A stretch of 64,000 nt of DNA from Lama guanicoe (taxonomy: Eukaryota), in assembly GCA_013239625.1 (NCBI GenBank), contig MU053365.1, positions 845,566 to 909,565 of the forward strand, in the 5' to 3' direction. Every line of letters starts with the position of its first letter. Positions within the stretch are counted from its first letter, which is position 1. The notes beneath the pieces were generated by a model. It was not told the DNA's origin and ran no database searches. It saw only the letters and a program-made list of their open reading frames with translations. Below, piece by piece: positions 37,051 through 50,177 of the stretch. The translations under genes and the position numbers were made by a program.

Positions 37051-37592
37051 CTTACCAGAGCAGAGATTCAAGCTACACAAATAAAAGGGAAACCATTAGC
37101 CAGAAAATGGTCAACACCCCAATCCAGGCCTGCCCTGGTTCTAGACATCACAGCTTCAGGGTATATATTCCACAAAAATTAAGATACCAGCCATACCCTC
37201 AGAAAGGCCCTCCCAAGAAGATACATGGAGGCAAAGGGTACATCGGGGAGGGCCACAGACCGTAACAGAAGAGAGAGGAGCTCTTTCCCCACCCTCTCCT
37301 CATGCCAGCTGCCAAATGACCAAAGCCAAACAGATTCTTCCCAGAGCAAGTGGTTCAAAGTAATTAGAGGGGTTCAGTTACTGGGGTTGGAAACAAGGTT
37401 ATCAGATAGAGGGCTGGAGGGAAATTGTACCGTTAGGCAAGGCTTTGGGGTCCATTTCCTATACTTGACTCAGAAGGACGCCTCTGTATGGTTCAAAGAA
37501 CTCTGAGAAGCTAGTGAAATAAGACTTTTGTCACTCCAACCTTGACTGGCATGTGCGGTGGCTGGCCATCTGGCCTCCCTCCTGCGACTCAC

Positions 37593-37754
37593 CGCCATCG
37601 ATTCCATTTTTACTTCAGTCTCTTGGACCAAGTTGGTGCTGGCATAGGAGGAATGACGGTTCCCAGGTACAACATCAACATCAAAAGCAACTCCCAGTAG
37701 AAGCCGTAAACATTCCCTCTGTAGCTTTTCTTGCCTTAACTGAAACTCCAACCT
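37593..37754 (-). other. Candidate spliced exon, 162 nt, phase 0-0, unknown product
   Basis: Minus strand tttttAG|agg...atggcg|GTGAGT with an open frame RLEFQLRQEKLQRECLRLLLGV...KMESMA, in apparently unique sequence. No homology recognised and the polypyrimidine tract is weak. Confidence 0.25.
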
Positions 37755-39379
37755 CTAAAAATGTCATTGTCTAACAACCCTCTAGTGGAGGCTGCTCATT
37801 TTCCCATAGCCCTCATCCATCCGGGCAGAAAGATAAGTTATCCCTCTCCCGGCTCCTGAGTGGAGCTTCCCTAAACCCTTCTTCGCAGCTCCTCTGTCCC
37901 TGAAGCCTACACCATCTGGTTAGTCCACCCTTTTCTCATCTTCCGTACTGTTACTTTGAAAAGGTGCGGAATATCTCCTGCGTGCCTGGCGTGGGGCTAC
38001 GCACTTTGCACACGTTGTCCTGAGTAATCCTCACAACTGCTCTGTGGAGTGTTCATTCGTATCCACACGGGGTCATGTGTCCTTCCCAAGGTCACATAAA
38101 TAGCAAGCAGTTGCATCAGGTATGAGCCTAGGTCTGTCTGGTTCTGACATCCATCTTAACCATTAATCCGTGTGGAGAATCAATGACAAGCCTCCATGGT
38201 AATTGCCATACTGGAGTGTATAAACGGTGCCAGGTGAAGACAGGGACAAAGACATGGAGAACCCACCTGGGGTAGCCAGTAAAGTCTTCGGAGAAGAGCT
38301 GAGTAGCCAAATACCAGGCCAAGTGGAGGGAGGAGGGGTAGCACTTGCAGGGTGCGGGACACGCTAAGGCATGAGTGTTCACACTGCGTTATGAGAAATG
38401 TGAGTGCTGGGTCTGGCTGGAATGTTGGATCTATGTGAATGAGTAGCAAGCCTCAAGGAGACTTGCATACCATGTGAGGGGGCACAAATGTCTCCTGAAG
38501 GCAGCGGGGATGTATCCACCTAAAGGTTTAAACCCAGGGACATGAGATTTGTGCTTCTGAAAGCTCACCATGGCAACAGGGTGGATTTTAGGTGGGCAAG
38601 CTAGGAGGCAAGGAGGACAGTTAGATTATTATTTAGTCATCCAGGTGAGAGAGGATGGTGATCTTGTGATGGATATGAGGGAACAGATTCAAAAACTCTT
38701 AGAGAAAATTCAGTAAAATGGATAACTATAAAAGTAATGTACCAAAGCTTTTCCATATACAAATAATAACCATTTAGATCATATAATGGAAGAAAAAATC
38801 CTATCATACTAGCAGCATAAAGTTAAAAAACACAAAGGACAACCTTAAGTAAATCTTTGGAATTATCATTTTGAATAATCTCATGAATAAACCTATAAAG
38901 CTCTATAAAGGAGGTAAAAATATATTTGAATTAATGGAGAACGGTAGCTTGCTTTCAGATAGGAAGACTCTACAGTGTAAAGATATGAATTCCCCATGTG
39001 CTAATCCATGCATTGAATGTCATCCCAACTAAAATTTCACCAGGAATTTTTTTGAGGAACCTGTTTCTAAAAGTTATCTGGAAGAATAAGAATGCAAGGC
39101 AATATAAGGCAGTGGTTAAGATAATAGGCTTTTGAGTCAAAAAGACCAAGTTTCAGTCCAGATAAGGCCCCTGCACGTGCCTGCCAACCTGCTTCATGAA
39201 CTACAGCAAGTTATTTAACCTCCCTGTCCCTCAATTTTCTTGTCTGTGAAATGGAGATGAGAGTATTTACCTCGTAAAGTAGTTGTCAGAATTAAATGAG
39301 CTAATGCATGTAAATAAAGCACAGTGCCTTGTACATATTAAGGACTAAAAAATATCAGTTATTATGACTAATGAAATTA

Positions 39380-39459
39380 TTAGGCAGAACCGTAAGAAAT
39401 TGCCATTTTTGTAGGTCAAACACGATCAAATATTGGCAATTTCATATGATTCAATCTAA
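39380..39459. mobile_element. MADE2-like mariner-derived MITE (80 bp)
   Basis: Terminal inverted repeats ttaggcagaaccgtaagaaattgcca ... tggcaatttcatatgattcaatctaa (20 of 26 positions pair), flanked by TA. Confidence 0.85.
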
Positions 39460-39473
39460 TATATATATATATA

Positions 39474-39513
<40 letters not shown>
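39460..39513. repeat. (TA)n microsatellite
   Basis: Directly visible, with one interruption. Confidence 0.95.
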
Positions 39514-39518
<5 letters not shown>

Positions 39519-40710
39519 AAGACTTAATATTTCTCATACATAAATAGTTCTACAATCTTGAAAGAAATCCCAGTAAGGAAATGAGCAAATAATACATCCA
39601 AGTAGTACACATTTTAAATGACCAATAAATGTATAAACCATGTTCTATGTTACTCACAATAAAAATATAGAAATTAAAATAATTATGAGGTATTATTTTG
39701 TACTTAGATCAGCAATAATTTTGACAATATAGTAAGTATTTTCAAGGCTATAGATTACAGGCAGTCCTACGCGCTATTGGCTCCTTACAATAGTGGCTAC
39801 GAAGCATGGGTTTCAAGAGCCAAAATACCCGGATTCCAGACTCAACTTTACCACGAAACCCTCTGTGTGACTCTGGGCAGATAATCATGCCTTTCTTTGC
39901 CTCACTTTACGTTTTAAAGTGAGGATGGTAGCCGGGCTCTACCTCATAAAAGTTGCCGCGAGGACTAAACAAGCCCATCTACGTGGAGCGCTGAGAACAG
40001 GGACTGGCCGGCTCACGGTAAGTACCATGGAGGTTTTTAAAAAATCATCATTGTCATTATTATTGGTGAAATTAAGCCATTGACCCAGTTCCCAAGGCCT
40101 CAGACCTGAAAGTCATCCTAGATGTGTCTCTATAACCCCCACATCCAAATGATTAAAATATCCCTCTGCAGTGAAAAAAAATTGCATTCATGTCTTTATT
40201 TCCATCATGACTGCCATTCAGGCTCTCAGAATTTCATCACCATCCCATAACTTTATAATTACACTCCATTCGTGGGCTGAATCCATTTTTCCACACTACT
40301 ACCTGGGTTTTCTTTCTTAAACTCTACACAGATCACATCCATCTCCTGCTCAAAAACCTGCAATGCCTCCCTAGTGCCTACATAACAGAGCACGGAATTC
40401 AAGATCATCTAGAGCTCAGAATATGCACATTCATGGCTCTCTCCACATTCATGTGGCTTTCCACATGCTGTTTCTTTTTTTAAGCTTAGGATGCTGTTTC
40501 TTCCATTCTCCATCTCTTCTGATCATACCCTTCATTAAGTCACAGTTCCAGAGCCACTTCCTCCATGAAGCCTTCTTTGATCCCTTGGTCATCAGTTCCA
40601 ATCCTCACCCCTTGCCAAGTCAGACTGACTTTATTCTACACTCTAGACTTCCACAGCCCATTCACTGTTCGTATTTCTTGTATTACTTACACCATCCTGT
40701 GTAGAGTTGT

Positions 40711-40838
40711 TGTTTTTTGTGTGTGGGGGAGAAATTAGATTTACTTACTTTTTTTTAATGGAGGTATTGTGAATTGAACCCAGGACCTGGTGCATGCTAA
40801 GCTCGGGCTCTACCACTGAGCTGTCCCCTCCCCCACCA
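40711..40838 (-). mobile_element. Vic-1-like tRNA-derived SINE inserted in an L2
   Basis: Antisense ttgaacccaggacctggtgcatgctaagc...ctctaccactgagct. TSD tgtagagttgt at 40700-40710 and 40839-40849. Confidence 0.9.
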
Positions 40839-41477
40839 TGTAGAGTTGTGATTGAGATTTGTCTGTCTTCTCCACTTGGACCCAAGTTCCTTATGAATAG
40901 GAACCATCTCTTTATTTATTCATCTTTCTTCTTCCCCACACTTAAGCACAGAAATTGCCTTCTCTGAGATCAGTGCCCATTTACTGAGTCAGATGCAACA
41001 AGATATTTGACATCATAGATCCTGTTGTCCCCACCAAGTAATAAAAAGAGGTGACTTGTCTGTTTTCTGCTTTTGAGAAGATGGAATTCCCTCACAGAAA
41101 CCAGGCCAAAATCCATCTAGGTGTTCCTCTAGCTAGCTCTGCATCCCCTGGGCTCTGTCACAGGGTATGAATAATAGGCTATATACCAGCCAGAGTCTCT
41201 AACCCAGGCTCCTGTGTGGAAGGCAGAGGTCACAACACGTTGAGAAGCAGCCCCTGGCTGGCTTTGCAGGGGGAGGAATTCTTCTGGGGATGTGTTGGCC
41301 TCTAAGTAAGCTGAAGCCCTGAATATATAGAGAAATGTTTGTAAAGATCAACTTCTATTCAGGAGATCATTTAGTTGCTCTACTGCCCCTACCTAACAAG
41401 GTTATTCTCCCACAAAATTAGAGCATATTCTGCTCTATGTTGGAAGTCACCAAATTAAGGTAATGGTTGGCCATTTA

Positions 41478-41635
41478 TAGTATTATTTTGTTTTGGTTTT
41501 TGAGGGGGGAGGTAATTAGGTTTATTTATTTATTTGTTTATTTATTTATTTAATGGAGGTACTGGGGATTGAATCCAGGACCTTGTGCATGCTAAGCATG
41601 TGCTCTATCACTGAGGTATACCCTCCCTGCTCCAC
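41478..41635 (-). mobile_element. Vic-1-like tRNA-derived SINE
   Basis: Antisense ggaggtactggggattgaatccaggaccttgtgcatgctaagc...cactgag. TSD ggtt(g/a)gccattta at 41465-41477 and 41636-41648. Confidence 0.9.
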
Positions 41636-41769
41636 GGTTAGCCATTTAGAATAAGAAAAATCTATAGAAACAACTGAATCAACCGTTGGGGCAGTCACAT
41701 CAATCCATAATATCCAGACAAATGTTTAGCACAATTGTATAAACACAGAGTAAGCAAATGCAGATGTGT

Positions 41770-43310
41770 GATAGTGAAAAGAAGATGGGGGTTCAAGATC
41801 AAAGAGATATGAGCTTCATCCCTAACTTCACCACTTCTAGCTGTGTGACCTTGGATCACTCACTTCCAGTCTTGAGCCCTGGGCCTTTCCTCATCTGTAA
41901 AATGGAGAAAAACAAATACTCACCTTTCAGGCTTGCAATAATAAGCTAATGTGATGGAGCTGATAGAAGTGCTTTAAAAAGTCTTCCATGAACCTCAGCT
42001 ATCATTATTTTTGAAGCAGGAAGGCATTTAGAGACGATTTAGTACAATATTCTCCTTTTCCCAATGAAGAGACTTAGGCTTAAAGAAGTGACCGCCCAGC
42101 TAGTAAGTGGTATATCTGGGCCTAGAGCCCAGTTCTCTCGGCCCTTGTGCTCTTGCTTCTGCCTAGACAAGGGAAGCAAAGTACCTAGGTGTCTAACAGA
42201 ACTTTGGACAAAATGGATTATATGCTTTGGGGCACTGAGGTAGCCACTCCTCCTGGAGAGAGAAATTGTTTTCTTAGTACATACTCTTCTTCCTTAAGAT
42301 CGCTTCTCTAGACTTCCCAGAGAACACATTCAGTCTACTGAGTCACTCTTGCCTGCAGCTCAGTGAGGCAGAATCTTATCTATCCCCATCAGAAGTTCAA
42401 TTTGTTGTCAGGAATAAGATGAAATGAAAAAGAGACACAAACGCACAGAGAGGCCATCACTTGCTTGTCCTTGGGGCATAAAGCAATTTGAATAGAGGAG
42501 CACTAAAGAGGAACGCAGTTGTTAATTTTGCTGCAGCGCTGGCGCCGGCTGTAGAAATAAAACTGCAAAATAAACGTAGAGCATATCATCTGGGGTGCAC
42601 AGCAGCCACGCCCTGGCATTTGTGAGATGTATACAGAGAGGAAGGGTATCTGACAGGAAGATAGGTGACCTAGATTCTAGTATCCGTCCTACTAAGCAGT
42701 GTGACCTTAGACATGTCCTTTAACCTCAAGGAACCTGTGGTCTTATCTGTAAGGTGAAGAATGACACTAGCTCTGCCAGCCTTCTAGGACTGAGTAAGGT
42801 TCAAATGCAACACAGGTATGGTGTGAGATTCAATGAAACAAGATATCAAAAGCCCCTACTCAGTGCCACATAGTCAGTTTTGCTCAGGAGAGATTAACAA
42901 CTACTGTAATTAATGTTGCAATTAAGTTTGTCATTGTTTAGCACTTCTTTGTCATAGGACTACTTCTCCGTGGTGACTAGCAATAAAGCTTTTGTACAAA
43001 AAGGGACTGCAGGTTAGTAAGAGGTAGAGGTAAAACAGGCAGAAAAAGTAAGGCAAGCTTCAGAGGCCACAGAGCATGGAGGGAAAGCCCACGGCCTCCG
43101 GGGCACTTGGATCAGACTTAGAAGTCAGGCTCTACCTCCCACTGCATCGGCAGACACAAGGCTCTTACCCCAGCCACGCCTCAGTCTGCTCATTTATAAA
43201 CTGAGATCACAAGCCCTACTGCGTGGGAATGTTAGAAGGGCTAAATGAGATAGACTATAGAGTGCTTCAAATGCCTGGCACAGAGAAACTGTTGGGTAAC
43301 TTACTAAAGT
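41770..43310. mobile_element. Several MIR SINE fragments separated by unique sequence
   Basis: MIR cores at about 41770-42010 (tgtgaccttgg...catctgtaaaatgg), 42010-42160, 42640-42900 and 43070-43310. Confidence 0.65.
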
Positions 43311-45680
43311 GAGACGATATACATCAAAGCACGTTTCAAACTCTAAAGTGATATAAACATGTAAGAAATTATTATAACAAGGACAAAATTTTATGCAAAA
43401 CACCAATGCTGGGTTAATTGCTTAAGTGTTAAGGGAAAATTCATTATACTGTCCAAATGTAAAACATGCTCATTTACAGCACTTTCCTCTACAGCTGTGC
43501 CAGGGATGAGGTGGGGAATATTTGAAGGTTTCTTTCTTAAACACAGCTGCTTTATGTATTATTGTCAATTTTCTCCAGTCTTTTCAATTTGATCCTTTGG
43601 ACTTCATCTTTTATGCTTCTAAAATGGTCAGAACAGCAGACATTTGGTGACGGTAACTTGCAAATGCAGAAGTGAGCACTCCAAAATGAGTTAGAATCCA
43701 CATAAGCTCCTTTACTCCAAAAGTTCGTCCCAGATAAATGCTTTGAAATCATTAGTCTTAATACATGGAATATTCCAGAAAAGAAAGTGAATTTGCCTTC
43801 AGAACTTCAGAACTTATTTTAGGAATATATTTTTTAAAATAGTTACTGTTATAAGCAAAGATAGAAAATGAATATTATGATAAGTAATATTTTGGAGGAA
43901 ATAGAGCCATCTAGATGATCAAGGGTCCTAATACTTGTATTATACTACTGAGATCTCAGTGAAATACACACACATGAACACATACAGATAGTTAAACCTG
44001 AATGATTTCAAGACCTCTTTGGTCCAACTTTATTGTAGATCTTTGAAATAAAGAATTTAAAATTAAATGCACCCAGAAGTTCACATTAGTCTAAACTCCT
44101 ATCCAAACAATAAACTGCTTCTTGAACCTCACAAGCAAGATGCTCTCCTGCTTCCAGTAACTTCCAGTGACAAAGCAATCTTTTCCAGCTCCATTGTTAG
44201 AAACGGCTGCCTTTAGCAGAGCAGCCAAAAGTGGCTCCAGCATTTCTCTACAGCAGGGGCTTCAAGGTTACAAACTGGTTGGGAAGCCAGGTTAGGAGAC
44301 TTGCCTTGAAATTGCATTTGCCAAGCAAGCACATTGTTTGTACCTGGAGTGTGTGTTTACTTGACATGGCTTAGGAATGGGGCAAAGCTATGGACATTAA
44401 AGTTGACTAAAAGTCCTGTTCCAACCACCCATTGGTACCTCCACTTTCCCCAGAAACTTCCATCTTCCCAGTTCTGCCCTTGGCAGCATGCCACACATGT
44501 GTGATACTGCTGGTTTGTAGAGTCACAGTCAAATGCCAAATGCTAGGTGTTTGTATATGTTAAAACTAGATTAGACAAGTAAGCCATGTGCTAAATTGTC
44601 ATGATTTCAATAGATCAACTGTGCTGAGGAGATTCCAAAGCGAGGAAGTGGTAGATTCAAGCAGCAAGATATATTGTCAAACAAAATTAATTAAGAAATT
44701 ATGTATCAATCAATAATCTTCTAAAAAGTCTTGTAATGACCTCTGCTACTCTATTTAAGCATAAATAAGATAATCAGCCATGTTCCCTATCTGGAGATTA
44801 GATCTTTTCCAATTAACCTGGCTTAATTAACTCTCTAAGGTACTGAACTTCAGATGCCTCACACACTGTACTTTAAGATCATTACAACTGGAGTACTCAC
44901 AGAACTTATTGTTATTTTTATCATTTCAAATATAGTTACTCATTAGACAAATGAAATTCAAAATTTAAATTCATGTGTGGGGGTTGGTAAGGAGTGATAC
45001 AACCAAAAAATACAAGCCCAATAAAGACAACTGAGATAAACCAAAATGAAAGACTTGGGAGACCAGTCTTTGTTCCCTCATCAAGGATTATAAGAAAGGA
45101 AGTCAGTTAGCTTCTGGTAACCACATGGCGCTATGTCAAGTAGCCAGCTTTAATCAGTCTTCTTCGTATTGACCTTGCTTCCCATCTCATAGACAATGCC
45201 AGTAGATGGGAACATCATCAGCTTCCTCTCCACATCCACATCTGCCTTTGCATCTCTTCTTCCTGCCTCCCACATGATGGGAGGCACATTCCGACCTTCT
45301 ATTCAAGGCTCATCCCTTTACTTTTGCTCTGGCTCACATCCCTATCTCCTCCATAGAGACCATGCTCCATCAGACAGCCAGCGTCTCTCTGTATCCTCAA
45401 CCCCTCTCTCTCCGCTGGCTCCTTCTCCTCATTTGATACAAAGGTTTAGGTCTCCCCCATCTTACGGTCAAGAAACAATGCCCGCCATCACCCCTCCAAT
45501 TCTACTGCTATCTTCCTCCTTCTTGAAAGATTTCTCTATACTCCTTGCAACCCCATTCTCAACACTCATGCCTCAACTGCCCAGAGGCTGGCTTCTGCTC
45601 CCACAATATCACCGATGCTACTCTCACAGAAGTCTTAATGACTTCCTAATCCAATGACCACATCTCAGTCCTCATCTTAT

Positions 45681-46094
45681 ATTTTTTTTATTGAGGTGAA
45701 ATTCATATGAAGATAAAATTAACCATTTTAAAGTGCATGGTTCAGTGACATGTAGTACATTCACATGTTCCGTCACCCTGAAAGGAGGCTCTGTCTCAGC
45801 AGCCGCTCCTCATTCCCCTTTTCTTCTCAGCCCCTGGCAACCACTAACCTGCTTTCTATCTGTATGGATTTGCCTGTTCCAGACATTTCATATAAACAGG
45901 ATCATACAATATGTTGTCTTTTGTGGCTGGTTTCCTTCACTTAGCATAGCATTTTGGAGGGTCATCCAGTTGTAGTGTGAATCAGTACTTCATTCCTTTT
46001 GATGACTAAGCAGTATTTCATTGTACAGATACACCACCTTTTTCTTATCTATTCATCAGTTGATGGGCATTTAGGCTGCTTCTACCTTTTAGCT
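45681..46094 (-). mobile_element. L1MB-like 3' end inserted into an L2 (host about 45130-46300)
   Basis: T-rich tail at 45681 and L1M 3'UTR motifs. 14-bp TSD agtcctcatcttat at 45667-45680 and 46095-46108. Confidence 0.9.
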
Positions 46095-47089
46095 AGTCCT
46101 CATCTTATTTGACCTTTCAGAGGCATGTGACATTGCTCGCTTCCATCTCTCTCTTATGAGCCCCTTCAGTGTAGGTGTTCCCAACCACCCAGCCTCGGTC
46201 CTCTTCTTTCAGTCTCTGCACTCGGGTTAGGTGAGCACCTCTGTTCCACGGTACCAACTACCAATGGCCCCTACGACATCTTTGTCTGCTTCTAGTACAG
46301 ATCAAGGTGTACTGTTCCCAGGATGTGAAGAAAAGTGAAACAGGAGTATTTGGGACCCCAATATGCAAGCCATGCTCCGGGTAGTGGCAGAACACTTTAC
46401 ATCAACTCCCAATCTCCCACCACCCAGGAAAAGCCAGACAATGGGAAAGAGAGAAGGACCTGGAACCAAATGCCTCTTATAATACTCTCCCCTCCACTGG
46501 CCCATTTTCTACCCTTCAAACCACATATACACAATATCAATTCAGTTGGGAAAGAAGTCAAAGAATATGTGTCATGTAGACAGAACAATTGGTTGACTCA
46601 ATTTTTCATTTTTCAATCTATTGCTTTGTTGTCAGACACAGCTTCAGTGCAAAGTTTTAGCAGCGGGGGGAAAGTTCCATTCCAGCAATTCATGCTTTTG
46701 TTATTTTCTCTCTTTTCTCCTCCTCACACTGACTCACCTTTGGCTAAAAGAAATATACAATCAGCAAATATTGACTCAAAGGACTATGCGATTTACATCT
46801 TAATGCAGACTAATACGTCTCATTGCAATGCTCTCGGGAACTGCTTATCCCAGCCCATTTTTGTCTTTTGCTTTCAGTTTAACTCTATTTTTCCTTTGTG
46901 ATTTTAACAAGTGACACAGATCAATGCTTTAGGTTTTGCAGGGTAGAGATGGACAGTGTTATGGCAACAAGGTCTCTTTAGCTTCCAGCCCTTCCCGAGG
47001 GGCTGAAAAGGACAAGAGTCATTAGGACGGTGTCAGTGCTTCAAGAGAAGTATTTCTGTTGTTATTAATAAAACTAACTGGAAATCATT

Positions 47090-48400
47090 CATTCAACATT
47101 AAACAAGCATTTATCGAATGTCTACCGTGTATTCCCATAGCCTTCTTGGCATGCATCCCTAGTACTGCAATTAACATATTGAATAGGAATTCTGTTCACT
47201 TTTCTATTTCTCCTCTTTACACTGTGAGCTTCTTGGGGCAAGGACCATGTCTTGTTGATTACTGTATCTCCTGTGCCTAGCTGAGAATAAGTGTTCATTC
47301 ATTCATTCAGGCAATCAATAACTAGTTACTGAGTGCCTACCATGTGTCTGGCATTGTTCTATGCACTGGGGATTCAGCAATGAATAAAACAGATAAAAAT
47401 CCCTGACTCTCCTGGTGTTTTATTTACATTGTCAGTGGGAGGGGGGGCATGGGGGAGTAGACAATAGATAAGAAAGTAAAATACGCAGTATGTTAAATGA
47501 TGGCAAATGCTATGGATAAAAATGAAACAGGGAAGGGGGTAGGAAGTGTGGCGGATAGGAAGGTTGTAGTTTTAAATAGGATAGTCAAGGAGGTCTTCCT
47601 GAGAAGGTGACATTTAAACCACGACCAGAAGGAGGGGAATGAGCAAGCCATGTGGATATATGTGGGAAAAGTGGTCCAGGCAGAAGGAACAAGAAGTGTA
47701 GCGGCTCTCAGAGGTGATGGTAGGAACTTGACTTTTACTCTAAAGGAGACAGGAAGCCATGGGTAGGCTCTGAGGAGGCAAATGACGGGATCTGACTTAT
47801 ATTCTAACATTGTTACTCTGGCTACCATGAAGGGAAGAGACTGTGGAGGGCAAGAGTAGAGGCAGGGAGGTCATTTATGAGGCTATGATATTAACAATAA
47901 TTTGAGTAAGAGATGATGCTGGCTTGGACCAACATGGGAGCAGTGAGTACATGCAACTTCCCTCAGGAGTTTTTACTGGTTTTACTGTACAGATGGGCAA
48001 AGAAACAGTGGTAACTAGAGGGGAATGTGGGGTCAAGAGTTCTTCCCTAATCGGGAGAAACGGTGACATGTGGATGCTGATGAAAAGACCCAGGAGTGAA
48101 AAGAAGATTGAGGATGCAGGAGGGAGAGAGGAGAATGAAGATGGCAAGCCCTGACTAGCAGGTGAGAAGGGAGGAGTTTAGCGCAGGAATGAACAACTCT
48201 CACTGAGTTCCTCCAATGAGAACCTCCGATGCTAGGTATCTGCATCTCTAAAATGGGGCTAGTGGAAGTCTCTAAAATGTGTTCTCCATGAGGGCAGGGG
48301 TGTTTGTGTGGTTGGTCCTCTGATGTATTCCTGGTACCTAGAACAGAGCCTGGCACACATGGCAAGAGGTTAAAGATATTTATTGAATGATTGGCTAACT
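47090..48400. mobile_element. L2 fragments, mostly antisense, with tail-to-tail pieces
   Basis: ttcattcattcattca tails; gtcaaggaggtcttcctgagaaggtgacattt; sense L2 end at about 48270-48395. Confidence 0.75.
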
Positions 48401-50177
48401 TGTTTCTAATTATTTGATAATGAAAACCTCAAGATGGGCAGAACAGTGTTACAGCGTTTTGACAATTAAATGGAATATATTCTAACATTGGGATTTCAAT
48501 CTTCAGAAACACACAGTGTATTCTAAATACATCTCAGTACTTTCATAAATAATCTAAAAGTATCAGGCACATGGATGTTTGGGAGACCCAGAGGCAGCAC
48601 CACTAACACTGTCATAAATGTGCCTAAAATGGATATTCAAAACCTAGAAATTGATGGTTCTGGGGGCCTCAGCCATTGCTGGGGAGCCATAAGGAAGTGT
48701 TACGTACACATCTGTTAAATCAAAGTTGCAGCTTAAAGCTGTTGGGAGAAGGTGGGTATTTCATTCCTTGAGCAGAGTCAAAAACTCACTTCCTTCTTCT
48801 TAAAGACATCTAGTGACGGAGAGTTTTTGATTCTTAAGGATGTGTTATGATGGCTTCTGTCTTTAATTAATTCTAAGAGCCAGTGGCTGAAAGAGGGGAG
48901 GATTATCAGCCCCTGAGATTGTTTTCAGGATCTACTAAGGTACTGAAAACAAGCTCCTTGGAGGAGGATGCTTCAAAACATGAAAGAGGCATTCCAAACA
49001 GAATGTATATTCGGCTCAACAAATAATTTGTTCCCAAGTGACCCTTTTACATTTTTATGTTTTGTGCCAGGTATGGTGATACATAAATGAACAATATGCA
49101 GGTCTCTGCCTTGAAGGAGTTCATGGTCTATTAGCGGAGACTGTCCAGGAAACAGATCATTAGGAGAGCATTAAGGGATGATACAATAGTGTTGTTAAGG
49201 AGTATCCAGGACGGACGTCTAATCAGCTTGGGGAGGGAGTTCAAGGAATATTTGTTTCTTTTCTATGGAAAATTTCAAATATGCCCCAAAGTAAAGAGAC
49301 ATGTATGTGAAACCCGTGTGCCCGTATCCCAGCTTCAACTGTTCTCAACATCTTTCAACCTTGTTTCACTCATTCCCTTCCCCTTACTTTTTCCTGGATT
49401 ATTTCAAAGCTAATCTGAGGTATTATGTCAATTCACCTATATTCCTAAACCTTATTACACTTCTTTAACTACAAGAACTTTGTAAAATATATAACTGCTA
49501 TCACTCTTCACCCAATTAACAATAAGGAAGACGTCTTAAGGATGGTGGCTTCTGCATGCGCGCCTATAGAACACGGAGGTGTGAGCCAGGAGAAAGCGAT
49601 GGCCAGAGTCAAGGGGACTGTGAGACCTTGAGAGGGGCAAGAGAGAGCCTGGATTTTGTGGAAAACTACAAGTCGTGCAGTGATGGGAACACAGGGCCAC
49701 CACTGCGCTTCTAGGCTCTGAGCCAAGCAAGGCCCTCATTCATACTATCTTGTTTAATCTTCACAACAATGGTACTACAAGACAGACATATAATTAACTA
49801 CAGGCAGGGGAAGTAGGCTTCAGGATGTCAAACAAGTGGCCCAGCTCTGGCCCTGCAGATAAATAAGCGGAAGAGTCTGACCGTGAAGCCAGGTCTTTCT
49901 GACGTCCTCGGTGCATAACCACGGGGCCATCCTTCCTTCACAGATTGTCCCCAGCCACAAATGTTTGTCCCTTCAGTATTGTTCTACGTAACTATCTACT
50001 TTACCAATTAATGATCGCTTGATTTGCTTCTTAAAGTCTTGATATGAACCTTTTGGAGGGGCAGGGGTTGGTTGGGTTCAAAGAAGTAGAAATTCACAGC
50101 AAGACTCTTGCTTATAATATATGAATCTTTGGTTGAGCAAGCAATGTGAATTTAACTGAGTCATCTACTGTCGCCAG

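Larger units (their letters stand above)
37960..40070. mobile_element. Mosaic of MIR, L2 and old L1ME fragments
   Basis: MIR cores at about 37960-38170, 39100-39365 and 39790-40070; antisense L2 at about 38200-38720; A-rich L1 ORF2-like sequence at about 38720-39100 and 39520-39780. Confidence 0.6.

Noticed and set aside
36853..37084. RE-rich and LS-rich ORFs
   Set aside because: Translations of the (CT)n microsatellite.
45196..45657. 153-aa plus ORF
   Set aside because: Lies within a pyrimidine-rich sense L2 fragment.
46335..46901. 188-aa plus ORF
   Set aside because: GTG start, no recognisable domain and no convincing splice boundaries.
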